A DNA stretch of 63,209 nucleotides, counting the filler, from Lenisia limosa (lineage: Eukaryota > Protista > Breviatea), in NCBI GenBank assembly GCA_001655205.1. It is 14 parts of 14 records of this genome, joined end to end, with 100 filler letters (N's around TTAATTAATTAA, not from the genome) between each part and the next. Parts side by side here need not be neighbours in the genome. Positions count along the whole stretch, not along the records: positions 1 to 3,422 come from LPNZ01001440.1; positions 3,523 to 5,617 come from LPNZ01006402.1; positions 5,718 to 8,366 come from LPNZ01000498.1; positions 8,467 to 10,244 come from LPNZ01000889.1; positions 10,345 to 12,803 come from LPNZ01002171.1; 9 more parts are not named here. The stretch is one strand, 5' to 3'. The translations under genes and the position numbers were made by a program. The notes beneath the pieces were generated by a model. That model made no database searches and was not told the DNA's origin. It saw nothing but the letters and a program-made list of their open reading frames with translations. The stretch's first letter is position 1, and every line of letters starts with the position of its first letter. Of this stretch, positions 1-10,729 are shown one piece after another.

Positions 1-299
1 GATTCATGAGAGGGGGGGGGGGTAATATTTCCTCTTCCAATTAACGTTATTATTAACCGTATACCACAATTCGACGATAGTCAGGACGAGAAGGCAGATC
101 GCAAGCATTTTGTCCACCTCTTTGGCAATTTATCGGCTAAATGCTGCTATATTCTGTGTATTATTTTATGCTCACGTTCACGCTAATTCGTTAAACAGTT
201 TGAAATAAATCGTCAAAAACCCCCTCTGAGCCGTCCAGGTCTTACTAATGTGCCTCAAAACCAAAAAATATATATATATATCGAAAAATATCGGTAACT

Positions 300-2440
300 T
301 TCGCTGACCTTTTTACAACAAAACAAACTGGCGGCATTTGGACCGCCTTCTCCACCACAACAACAACAAGGAGAAGAAAGAAAAAGTTTGAAGTAGAAAA
401 AACGGCAGTATCGCGTGTCAGTGAAGAGATACCACAATTTAACTGTATCGTGAGCAACTCCTTATCTAATCACCTTACCAGCACCTCTTCTTCTCATCTT
501 ATTAGTACGGAATTACAGAATTAACCAGAATGCCTCTTTCCAGATCTGAGGTTGGTGGCTGGGAGTCATATTGATTTGATATATGAGGTTGGTGTCATAA
601 TGTCATCCCTTCTTAGAGATTACTATTTATACCAGATTACATTTTACCATTTTTCTGCTTTTTTTTGTCTCTTTATTATGTATTTCTAGCAGTTTAAGAT
701 GTTAAAGCAAGGTCAAACGGTGGAAAGAGTATTATAATATTTGTTGTTTACGCTGATCTTTAAATTTACGCTATTTCTTTATGATTCCAGACAATTGTTC
801 AATGCTGTTTATTTGGTATTACTACCTTGTTTTATTTCTCATCTCTACTTGTTATTTTTCTTTATTGAATATAATATCAGTAAAGTTTGATTTGGTGTTT
901 TCATTGAATATAATCTAGATGAGGTTTTTAGTTTTCAAATTAAGGGATTGAGAACTTCTAGTCTGAAAATAAATCTCCTTTTTACCTTGTTTTAGATGAG
1001 CTGGGAGGACGTGGATATTGACGATATTTGCCCTAATGTGTGATGGGTTTAATTCGTATCAATACCATCGTGCTGGTGTGGATGGCTTTTGTCCGATATT
1101 ACCTCTTGTCATTACTTATTTAATTTTTTTCATAATATGGGTGTTTTTATTAACTGATCTCCATTTTAGTATTATTGTTACCTATAATACGCTCTATGCC
1201 CATGACTCATCAGGAGGGTGTCTAAACAATTGCTGAAATAATGATAAAAGAACAGTTTTCTTTGTTTTTTTTTTTTCATTCATCTACTCCCCAGACTCAG
1301 CAAACACCAAAATCTGAAGATCCTAATGACTTCGTGCCAAACCCCCCAGTATGTACTTCAAATAAAATGTTGAGATGAGAAAATAACCAGCCCTCAATCA
1401 CGCTTCTAAGAGATATTAGAGAAAATCCAAGTATCTATATTACAACTTTCATATCATTCTACATTATTATTATTTTGACATCCCTCCCTACAGTTCAGGT
1501 AAAGGTTGAATTTTCCCGATATATCAGGGAAATCCAAATTATTATCTGAGCATAAGCTATCAAAGGTATCGAGTATTGAATCACAAAAAATCCCATTGTT
1601 ACTTTTTAGGAAGAATTCAGCTTCAGGCATTTCTACACTGATAACACCAATTTTCGGAAAATCCTTGCTGGAAGGTGAGCTTGATGTTTAGTTCATGCAG
1701 TTTTCGCTTTATAATATTGTTTTTGAGGAATATACTCTTTTTTGTAACCAAAAAGAACTTTAATTGATTATATATAATCCTTCCTTTGTATCTTTGAATT
1801 CCTCCCAGAATTTTTATGACTTCACTCACGAATTGGAACGACAAGACTCTCAGATCTCTTGCGTCCCATTATTTCGACTCTGAAAACCATTCTGTAAGTA
1901 GCAACATTGGTATTAATATAGTAATAGGTATAGAAATCAGTGTAAACATATGTATGTAGGTACAGTTATTGTACGGGTAACATAAACAAACGCATTGAAT
2001 AAAATATATTTTTCGACATCTCTTCTACGAGTGGTGTTGTGGACGATTTCGTCTTCAGACTCTCATTTTTTCTTAAACCCGTGTATTTATGGAGTTAGAA
2101 GAAACATGAAATTTGATTTGTTAAATTGCTTTGATAAGAATTATCTCAAGAGTACTCAAACACATTAACTGAGTTAATGCATTTAGAAGTACAACATGAA
2201 CGACGAGAAATCTTCAAATGAATTTTCAAAGTTGGTTGATTCCTTGGGTTAAACTTCTGCGCTTAAACATCTCACCGGTTAGGTTAACCCAAACACCTCT
2301 TCAAGACATTTACACTAAATATGCCACTGAAGTAGGGAGGGCTTCTGTTCACTTGGTTTTATTTTTACCTTTTCACTTTCACATCTTTGTCACTTTTTAG
2401 GCTGGAATGACGTTAGTACAGTACAATGACCATCAGGTGA
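300..2440 (+). CDS. Putative multi-exon gene of unknown function (partial)
   Basis: Short AG/GT-flanked open segments, e.g. ~996-1040, ~1293-1350 (TQQTPKSEDPNDFVPNPP), ~1835-1893 (NWNDKTLRSLASHYFDSENHS), 2401-2436. No family recognised. Confidence 0.3.
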
Positions 2441-3422
2441 AGAAATGCAGCGGAATAGGGGTATGTAGTGCAAGGGACATTCGAGATTATATCATGGTCA
2501 CAAGTGGGAAATATGTCTCGGATATTCGATATTTTTTTAAAAAAAAAACAATTCAATTTTGGTTTAAAATTCCTCATATGATATCACAATTTAAATTTTG
2601 ATAAAAATCATTTTATCATACCAAAAGATAAACTTGCTTTGGATACCTTAGACTACTTTCCTATTTGAAAATTATCACACGTAATTTTAAAAGTATTGAC
2701 AATTAGCTTACGCTTTAGATACCTGTAAACTGGAAGTCTGACAAAATTGGTATGTGGGTTCTTTGGCCGAAATGTCTTATTAATGTTTCCTTTTGTTGAA
2801 ACAAATAGTGAAGTGACTTTTTATTACTGGATTGGGTAAGATTACTCGTTTCAAACAAAGTAATTTGCTTATTTTTTTGCAGCCCATTCACAACTTATAC
2901 ATATCTAAAAAGTTCGGTTCTATATAAAGTAGAAGATGATTCATTGATTTTTTAAGTTCAAAATGTTACAAGTATCGATAACTTTCTCTATACCTTTTAT
3001 AACAAGTGAGCCTGGATTATAACATCCACTGGTTTAACCCATGTTTTATTGAAATATTTTCCAAACCAAAGCTGCTTATTTCACAAAAAAATTAATAAGC
3101 ATATGCGTTCTTAACTTCCTCTTTATAACAGGCCATTATTGTCTAACCTTGATAGATATGGAATTCACAATTCTGTTTTTTGTTTCCAGCGTTACATTAA
3201 CTCTCCAGCGGACTGGAACAGAATTTTCAAGGACGATCAAATGATTAAAACTTGCATTATGCTTTTCATTGTAAAGGTGTGCTGGGAAAAGAGCGAGTAA
3301 AAATAGGTAATTAGTTGTTTGCCAAATTCCATCCGGCTTCCACAATGCATTTATTGAAGAAGAATAACATTCACCATAATCTAGGAACATAAGTTACAGG
3401 AGGGGGATACCATCAACAAAAC

Positions 3423-3522
3423 NNNNNNNNNNNNNNNNNNNNNNNNNNNNNNNNNNNNNNNNNNNNTTAATTAATTAANNNNNNNNNNNNNNNNNNNNNN
3501 NNNNNNNNNNNNNNNNNNNNNN
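3423..3522. other. Artificial contig-joining linker (44N-TTAATTAATTAA-44N). Identical linkers at 5618, 8367, 10245, 12804, 24345, 28635, 29862, 31675, 34595, 49729, 51742, 60154 (each 100 nt)
   Basis: The same 100-nt pattern occurs 13 times. TTAATTAATTAA places stops in all six frames. Genes are truncated at these points. Confidence 0.97.
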
Positions 3523-3599
3523 GGGGGGGGGGGCTTTGATTGAGGTAGAACTCTGAGTGGGGGTTGTGTTCATTTAGAGTCTATTCTATGACTTAGATG

Positions 3600-3695
3600 T
3601 AGGGCTTCACTTCGGTTCAAAAAAAGACTGAGTTTCTCCAAATCCCCGAAAACTGTCGATAATTTACGGGTCTTTCTAACCAAAGCGAAGCCCTA
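3600..3695. mobile_element. hAT-type MITE, family A (96 bp) with perfect 8-bp TSD
   Basis: TAGGGCTTC...GAAGCCCTA termini, flanked on both sides by CTTAGATG (3592-3599, 3696-3703). Confidence 0.9.
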
Positions 3696-3723
3696 CTTAG
3701 ATGATCCATCATTTATTTCCCAG

Positions 3724-5617
3724 GTACTTCCACCCCTTGTCTCCCGGCTCGGCCTTCTTCCTTCCTCACGGTGCCCGCCTCTACGACAAACTCACCAAGT
3801 ACATGCAGGTGAGGGTCTTTTCGGTCTTTCTTGATGGGTGAGGCACCAGGAAGTTTTTTTTTTTTTTTTTTNNNNNNNNNNNNNNNNNNNNNNNNNNNNN
3901 NNNNNNNNNNNNNNNNNNNNNNNTTGGAACCGCAACTACCAGGAGGTTATTACCCCCAATGCCTTCAACAAGAAGCTCTGGGAGACCTCAGGCCACTGGC
4001 AGAAATACAAGGTACCGTTTCTTCAGAATTTTTGACATTTCGCCAATTATTTTGAAGTTTCCCATCATATTAATTTTACAGGAAAACATGTTCACCTTTG
4101 AAGTTGAGGGTCAAGAGTACGGTTTCAAGCCGATGAACTGCCCCGGACATTGCCTGGTGTTTGACCAGCGTGTGAGAAGCTACAAGGAACTCCCAATGCG
4201 TCTTGCTGAGTTTGGTATGAGAAGTGTCATNNNNNNNNNNGTGGTCTTTACATACCCCCCCCCCCTTGTTTTGAAGCACATTTTTATAATATAGAAAGTT
4301 TCATTACCTTTTGTAAATGTCGATGTACTCTGATATCATATGCTGTACAAGTATTATATCATCGTATATATAATATGTATACTACATGCATATGAACCTC
4401 AAATTATCTCACCAATAAGGTGTCCTCCATCGTAATGAGATTTCTGGAGCCCTCTCGGGTCTGACCCGCGTCCGTCGCTTCGTGCAAGATGATGGCCATA
4501 TCTTTGCCCGTCATGACCAGATTGAGTCTGAGGTATGCCATATCGAATATCAGCTAATCAGTACAGTACTGAGAGTTGAGTAAGGTTGTTTCGAAAACGT
4601 TTTTAAACTTATTTATCTTGATCCAATTTACCTGCCCTCCCCCAGGTTGCTGGAGTGCTTGATTTGATCTGTGACGTGTACAAGACCTTCGGCTTCGACT
4701 TCACGCTTGAGCTGTCCACCCGCCCCGAATGCGCCATTGGAGATGTTGAAGTTTGGAACAAGGTGGGGTGGTTGATGCTATCACTACAATTTTGCCTCCA
4801 CAATATTATTTTTATATTTTGGCTTTGAATGTGATCAACCTTGAATTCTTAACAATTTGGATATCAGTGATTTGTTATCCTTTTTTTACAGAGACATCCA
4901 TCACAAATTAACTTCTGATTGTTCTAGGCTGAGGCTCAGTTGGAGTCTGCACTGAACAAGTTTGGCAAGAAGTGGACCCTCAACCCTGGCGATGGTGCCT
5001 TCTATGGTTGGTGCGTTTTAAAATGAGATCATCATTAATCTTTTATTTTGAGCAGTACATTCTGTGTTGTTTTATTTACCGCCTTTTTAAGAGAAACAAA
5101 GAATATATTCAACCTCTGCATCTACCAAGCAGTGGTTCTTTTAATTGTGCAGGCCCCAAGATTGACATCCATGTTGTTGACGCGATGGGACGCTCCTTCC
5201 AGTGCGCCACCTGCCAGTTGGACTTCCAGCTGCCTGAACGTTTCGACCTCAAGGTCCGATTTCCTCATTATCTTCCATTTTTGGCATCATTTTCTTCTTC
5301 TAAAATAATTGTATTGGCTGAGTCTGTCTTCTTTTTTTTTTTTTTGCACTTTTAAGTATGAATGAAAANNNNNNNNNNNNNNNNNNNNNNNNNNNNNNNN
5401 NNNNNNNNNNNNNNNNNNNNNNNNNNNNNNNNNNNNNNNNNNTCACTTTTAGATAATGCTGTTCTGATCTTTGATCCTCACATTTGCAGTACCAGTCACC
5501 CAAGGCTGACGGCAGTGGTGATGAGTTCCTCAGGCCCGTTATCGTTCATAGAGCGATCTTCGGCTCCCTTGAGCGATTCCTCGCAATCTTGACTGAGCAT
5601 CTTTCCGGCAAGTGGCC
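3724..5617 (+). CDS. TARS: Threonyl-tRNA synthetase, catalytic core, 8 visible exons, truncated at both ends
   Basis: Spliced exons give [20 protein letters not shown]; [16 protein letters not shown]; [27 protein letters not shown]; [28 protein letters not shown]; GDGAFYGPKIDI; [17 protein letters not shown]; [23 protein letters not shown]. These are all ThrRS hallmark motifs. Confidence 0.97.
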
Positions 5618-6049
5618 NNNNNNNNNNNNNNNNNNNNNNNNNNNNNNNNNNNNNNNNNNNNTTAATTAATTAANNNNNNNNNNNNNNNNNNNNNNNNNNN
5701 NNNNNNNNNNNNNNNNNGAAACAGAAGGTGGGGGGGGATTGTGGTTCAGCATACACAGTATGTATACATCGAGATTTAAATAGTACTCTGTGCTTTTCTG
5801 ATTCTCGCCTTTCTTGACAGTACGATTCACTCTGTTTTTATGGAGGAACAACATTTGTTTGAAATTGTATAATACCTGGTAGTAGTTAGTCCATTATTTA
5901 TGGAGGTAATTTTGTAGGTTTATTGGAATATATTTTGCGATACTCAGAATAGGAAATTCTTTAAGATAGAAAAACAGAGAACCACGCCAAAGACACATCA
6001 AGATACACCAATTCAGAACCGTTCCGAAAACTCCACAAAAACCGCGAAA

Positions 6050-7242
6050 ATGATGTCACAAAAGGTTCTCTCACCACAGGCTTCCCTTCGGTACCAAAAA
6101 AAAGCTGAATTTTTCAATCTAAATTCTCGATACATCATCGATAAATATCGATATTTCATCAGTCTTTTTGACCGAAAGTGCTATTAAAGTGGTGATTCCA
6201 TCTGAATTTTCCATCTCAGACTATTTTGAAATAACACCCCGTAGATAACACCCCGTAGAAAGCTGTGTACAGAGGCAAATGATTGGGTGAATTAATATCA
6301 TACTATCATCCATATCTCTTATAAGCTTGATGGTGTGGACGGCTTCGGCCAGGTACAACCTTTTTTACCTCCCATTATATATTTTGAAATAACACCCTTC
6401 AGGACTTGATGTACCAACAAGACCGTGCTATCTCCGATCTCCAACCCACCGTAGCTAATATCAAACAAACCGCCCTTGGAATCCGTGGCGAGGTTGACAG
6501 TCAAAATGAGTGCGGGGGTGTTATTCTGCAGGCAATAGGAGTACTGGTTACTCTGGCTATCCTACGGTCCGCAAAGGCTGGTCAAATATTGTTTCTTTCG
6601 AGGATATGTCGAGAAATTCAGTCTTTTCATTAGTTTGATTGGAATACATTTCAAATATCAAATGGATATTATGATATGTTATCAAAATACCTTTATCTTC
6701 AGCCCTTCCATCCACTGATGTTGGGCATGTTTTAGCTTTTCATTTCAACATAGTATTCATCAACATGGTTACAGATTGTATGTTTATCGCAATATCTAGA
6801 ATAACTTGAAGCAGCTTGCTTGACAACACGGGGCACAAGATGCACAAGACTAAAAAGACTCTCAAGAAGGCCCAGAAAGAAAACATCAAGCTTCTTGGAA
6901 TGCGAAAAGGTGCGTTAATGATCTATCTTCCTAATGCTAAGGGGTAATGTTATATCTTGTTGTTTCATACACCATAGGCCCTGAAGTCTTGACTGATTTA
7001 GAAAAACACAAAATTTACCACAGCTGTTTTGCTACATATCATATGATATCATACTACGTTCATCATTTCGACTTGAAAGTCGGTATGGTCATATCACAAG
7101 TGGATATGGGTTAACATTTTGTCACATACTATATACTATCTCAAACACTTATTCATCAGAGGAGAAGTCGTACATGAAGCTGATTCTTCTCCTCCTAATT
7201 CTGATGTGCGTCATCATCGGCCTGGCCATTAAGTTGTCCTAG
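6050..7242 (+). CDS. Small tail-anchored Qc-type SNARE (~100 aa; Bet1/Sft1 or syntaxin-6/8-like SNARE motif)
   Basis: Exons 6050-6064, ~6404-6509, ~6815-6909, ~7160-7242 give MMSQK|DLMYQQDRAISDLQPTVANIKQTALGIRGEVDSQNE|LLDNTGHKMHKTKKTLKK..|EKSYMKLILLLLILMCVIIGLAIKLS*. This is a SNARE heptad with the central QNE followed by a C-terminal TM helix. Confidence 0.75.
6077..6185. mobile_element. Family A MITE, degenerate
   Basis: GGCTTCCCTTCGGTACCAAAAAAAAGCTGAATTT..GTCTTTTTGACCGAAAGTG in SNARE intron 1. Confidence 0.6.
6255..6400 (+). repeat. Family C intronic repeat (other copies ~1060, 15303, 19215, 31255, 49935, 51185, 54505, 55240, 59105, 59755)
   Basis: AGAAAGCTGTGTACAGAG..GCAAATGATTGGGTGAATTAATAT..ATATCTCTTATAAGC.TGATGGTGTGGACGGCTTCGGCCAG.TACAACCTT. 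Confidence 0.8.
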
Positions 7243-7459
7243 GCTCGGATTTGTTCTTATTTATTTATTTATGCAACCTTTTTATTGCTTTTTGTCCCTC
7301 TTCCAAGTCTCTCTCTTGTACGTTTTAAACCCCTGCAATAGCGGAACCTCTCATTATGGCTAAACATGTATGTCCCTGAGAGAGTATTGTTCAGCGGAGT
7401 AGGCTTCTCCTGAAAGCTTCATTGAGACATTCAAGACCTGTTAAGTCCTTGTTTCACAT

Positions 7460-7585
7460 TAGGGCTCCGTGCAATTAGTTGAAAAATCTTGCAAAATGTG
7501 AAATGATATTCATGAGAACTCCTCAGACACTTTAATTTCAAATTTTTTCAATATTCCTTCAAAAAATTAATTGAATGGAGCCATA
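7460..7585. mobile_element. hAT-type MITE, family B
   Basis: TAGGGCTCCGTGCAATTAG...AATTAATTGAATGGAGCCATA; internal sequence is the reverse complement of 8200-8336. Confidence 0.6.
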
Positions 7586-7924
7586 ATAATCATTTTTCAT
7601 TTAAGAAGCGCATCTCTTGGGTCCCAAATTAATTCACGCGAATGAAATATCATCTCCCTATAATACACCAATTTTGGAAAAAAAGAAAGTCTATCATAAG
7701 AAAAAGGGGATAAATAATAACTAGGCGCTGGCCTAATTTTGGGATTGCTCTTCGGCTTGTTTGAGAAGCCTGGGGAATTAGTCCATTCATAAAAGAGGCT
7801 ACTTGTTAAATTTTGGGAAAAACTCCAAAGAAAGAAAATAATTTGAGGATCATTCAACCCACCATCACTCACTATAACGATGTCATTTCCATCATGAGAA
7901 AAAAAAAGTAATGATATCACCACT

Positions 7925-8047
7925 TTATAAATATTGCTTGTATTCTAAAAACCAACTTTGGCATTCGCTCTTTGATGATTTCAACGTGTCGCTCCTGCCG
8001 CCTCTTCTCATCTTCCAATAATGCAACTTCCCTTCGTGTCTGTCTGA
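7925..8047 (-). CDS. Exon of an unidentified minus-strand gene (charged, coiled-coil-like)
   Basis: After CTGTAG acceptor: VRQTRREVALLEDEKRRQERHVEIIKERMPK. Confidence 0.3.
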   Translation of the reverse strand, partial: SDRHEGKLHYWKMRRGGRSDTLKSSKSECQSWFLEYKQYL

Positions 8048-8199
8048 CCTACAGAGAATGAATAAGCATATGTATGTATGTAGGTACAGTGACTCATTAA
8101 GGCCGATTCAGGGCTTCCCCTTTCTTCCTTATTGAAATGACGTGTGTCCCTGAAACAAGAAACCCAATTCATGCAATTTCTGTAGTTTTAGGTAATTAC

Positions 8200-8336
8200 C
8201 ACGACTCTGTGCAATTAATTTTGTGAGGAAAATAATTGACAAAATTGGAATTAAAGTGTCTGGAGTAGGGTTTTCGTTACAGTAAGATGTCCACTTCAAA
8301 TTTTGAAATTAATTCTTCTAATTGCACAGAGCCCTA
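8200..8336. mobile_element. hAT-type MITE, family B
   Basis: CACGACTCTGTGCAATTAA...CTAATTGCACAGAGCCCTA; flanks GTAATTAC/GTAATTAT (7/8). Confidence 0.7.
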
Positions 8337-8596
8337 GTAATTATACTGGTGATTCACCCCGCTATANNNNNNNNNNNNNNNNNNNNNNNNNNNNNNNNNN
8401 NNNNNNNNNNTTAATTAATTAANNNNNNNNNNNNNNNNNNNNNNNNNNNNNNNNNNNNNNNNNNNNGTGCTGGGAATATCAATCTTTGTTATTATTTGAA
8501 TTATATGTCAGCTTTGTTGAGTAATTGAGGGTTTGGCCATGCCAGCCTTGTTGTTTGGCCGTGTCAACATTTTTGAGTTACTTTTGAAGATATTAG

Positions 8597-8699
8597 TTGG
8601 TCTTCACTTCGGTTCGAAAAAGACCGGTAAATATCAATAGTGTCTCAGGATTTATCGAGAAATTCTGTCTTTTTTCGAACCGAAGTGAAGCCCTCCCTA
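8597..8699. mobile_element. Family A MITE
   Basis: CTTCACTTCGGTTCGAAAAAGAC...GTCTTTTTTCGAACCGAAGTGAAGCCCT inverted ends. Confidence 0.8.
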
Positions 8700-9039
8700 A
8701 TTATTAGTAATTGAGGGTTTTGTTCGATGATAACGCTTGTAAACAAAGTGTCAAATTGAGTATTGTTGAAGGTTGTGTAATTCTTACCCTTTTCTGTCTC
8801 TGGTTTTTGTCTCAACATTGTAATGTTTGTGTTTGCTTTGAAGGTCGCTTCAGGTTACATCAGTACTTTGTTAGTACTTGAGTTCTATGGGTTTCAGCCT
8901 TATTTGTAATTGAGTTTCTGTTGAAGGTTCTATTGTAATTAAAGGATGCAATCTGTTAGCTTTTATAAATAATTCTGCTGAAGCACTCATAACTTGGAAT
9001 TGAGTTTTTAATGTCGGCCCCTTTCACGCGTTACACAGT

Positions 9040-10190
9040 CGGTGATTCGCCCTCATGGAGTGGAAGCCGAAAGCATGGAGGTGGAAGCAGAGGAGGACGC
9101 TGATGACGCTCTCATGACGGAACTGGCTGAGAAGAGACTGAGGGAACTTAATAAGGTAAATAAGGGTGGTGTATTAAATATGGACTATGATTAGGGCTTC
9201 ACTTCGGTTCGAAAAAACCCAGAAAAAATCGACAGTTTTGGAGGTTTTATCGAGTAGTGAAGCCCTAACTACAGTTGGGTATAATGGGGGTTGGAGGTGA
9301 TAATGTATCTTGTATACTATTTATATGTTGTATATCATAATGTTGTGAACGATATTGGGAATGCGGACTTACAATAAATTCCTATTCTGATGTAAAACAA
9401 GTTCGTACTCTGATGTAAAATAAGTTTTTACTCTGGTTTAAATTCGTATTATGGTGTAAAAAATGTCATACTGTTATGTTATTCCGATTTCTCTCACTAT
9501 TTCAGGACAAGCAAGACACCAAAGCACTTGTGGGTTTTATGGGTGATGGGAGAAGGGGTTTTTATAAGGGATAGAGGGGGTAGCAATTGTGAGTGTTTTG
9601 GGGATGAAAGAAAGATGTGGTGATTACTGGTGATTGGTGATGGATAGCTATTGTGAGTTAACTTTTGAACCACCCCTACTCCCCCTCAATTTGCCCTTTT
9701 TCACTCTCTTGTGTTAAAAGCCAAAACAGAGTTCATTTGGGCTTTTGTGTTGCATAATTTTTCCGGTTTTACCCCCCCCCCCTCAGCTTGCCCAAGAGCA
9801 ACAAACNNNNNNNNNNNNNNNNNNNNNNNNNNNNNNNNNNNNNNNNNNNNNNNNNNNNNNNNNAACAGCCTCATGAAGTGCGGAAAGAACTACCTCCAAC
9901 AGGCCCATTCCGTCAATGAATCAGTGGGAGGGGGGGGGTGTAACAACGTGTAACATTCTTACAATACATGTTACAATGATGAAACCGCCTAAGATGATCG
10001 GGGATATTACGTTGACGATTACCTTATTCATTCATTTTACCACATATACCACATATACGTATATGATGTGATGGTGACCTTGACCATTCACAGCCCTATA
10101 TCATAAAAATAGATGATGATCTTGACATTCACTGCCTAGATCATGAAACAGCCCAAAATCCTGATTGGAGGCACCCTCAAAAACTACCAG
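9040..10190 (+). CDS. SNF2: SNF2/Brahma-type chromatin-remodelling ATPase, fragment just upstream of the helicase domain
   Basis: Spliced ..NYLQQAHSVNES|IMKQPKILIGGTLKNYQ| matches the conserved YY..AH...E....QP..L.GG.LK.YQ segment that precedes SNF2 motif I. The contig ends after it. Confidence 0.75.
9192..9267. mobile_element. Family A MITE (short)
   Basis: TAGGGCTTCACT...AGTGAAGCCCTA; flanks ACTATGAT/ACTACAGT. Confidence 0.8.
9708..9786 (+). repeat. Family G intronic repeat, sense, abutting 3' splice site (SNF2 intron)
   Basis: GCCAAAACAGAGTTCATTTGGGCTTTTGTGTTGCATAATTTTTCCGGTTTTAC-C-run-TCAG|. Confidence 0.75.
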
Positions 10191-10729
10191 GTTGGAGAAA
10201 ATATTTGTTAATTGCCATTTACTACTACCTGGGGGGGGGGGGGGNNNNNNNNNNNNNNNNNNNNNNNNNNNNNNNNNNNNNNNNNNNNTTAATTAATTAA
10301 NNNNNNNNNNNNNNNNNNNNNNNNNNNNNNNNNNNNNNNNNNNNTCTATACAGTGTAAAGTCCAGAAATATGTTATTTTTCAAAAAGAAAAAGAAAAGCG
10401 TTCAGAATTGCTCAAAAATCATTTTTACAAATTTTCAAAATTTTCCAGAATTGATTTTTGGGTCACCCAGTTTCCTTTTAACCACATGTTTTCTGAAAAA
10501 ATAGAGCAAAAATTGATTCTTTTATTTTGTCTTAAAAGTTTGGAATTTAAAAGCTGATTAGTGTGACAATATGGATGAAGGTTAAAAGGAAGGATTCAAA
10601 TTATTTTTCTTATTGTTAAGAATGTTGGAGGAATGCGCTCATTGATTCTCTCCTTGAGTTGTTAAAAACTCGAGGAGTAAAGCAGAGAATCAATGAGCGC
10701 ATTGTTTCCTCTTGTTGATATCATTGACT

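Noticed and set aside
3467-3478. Recurrent TTAATTAATTAA palindrome between N runs as a biological motif (e.g. piggyBac TTAA site)
   Set aside because: Identical 44N-12-44N layout 13 times with six-frame stops marks it as a contig concatenation linker.
8605-8625. tRNA gene or Pol III B-box (GGTTCGAA) in family A
   Set aside because: No cloverleaf or A-box, and the motif is part of the MITE TIR.
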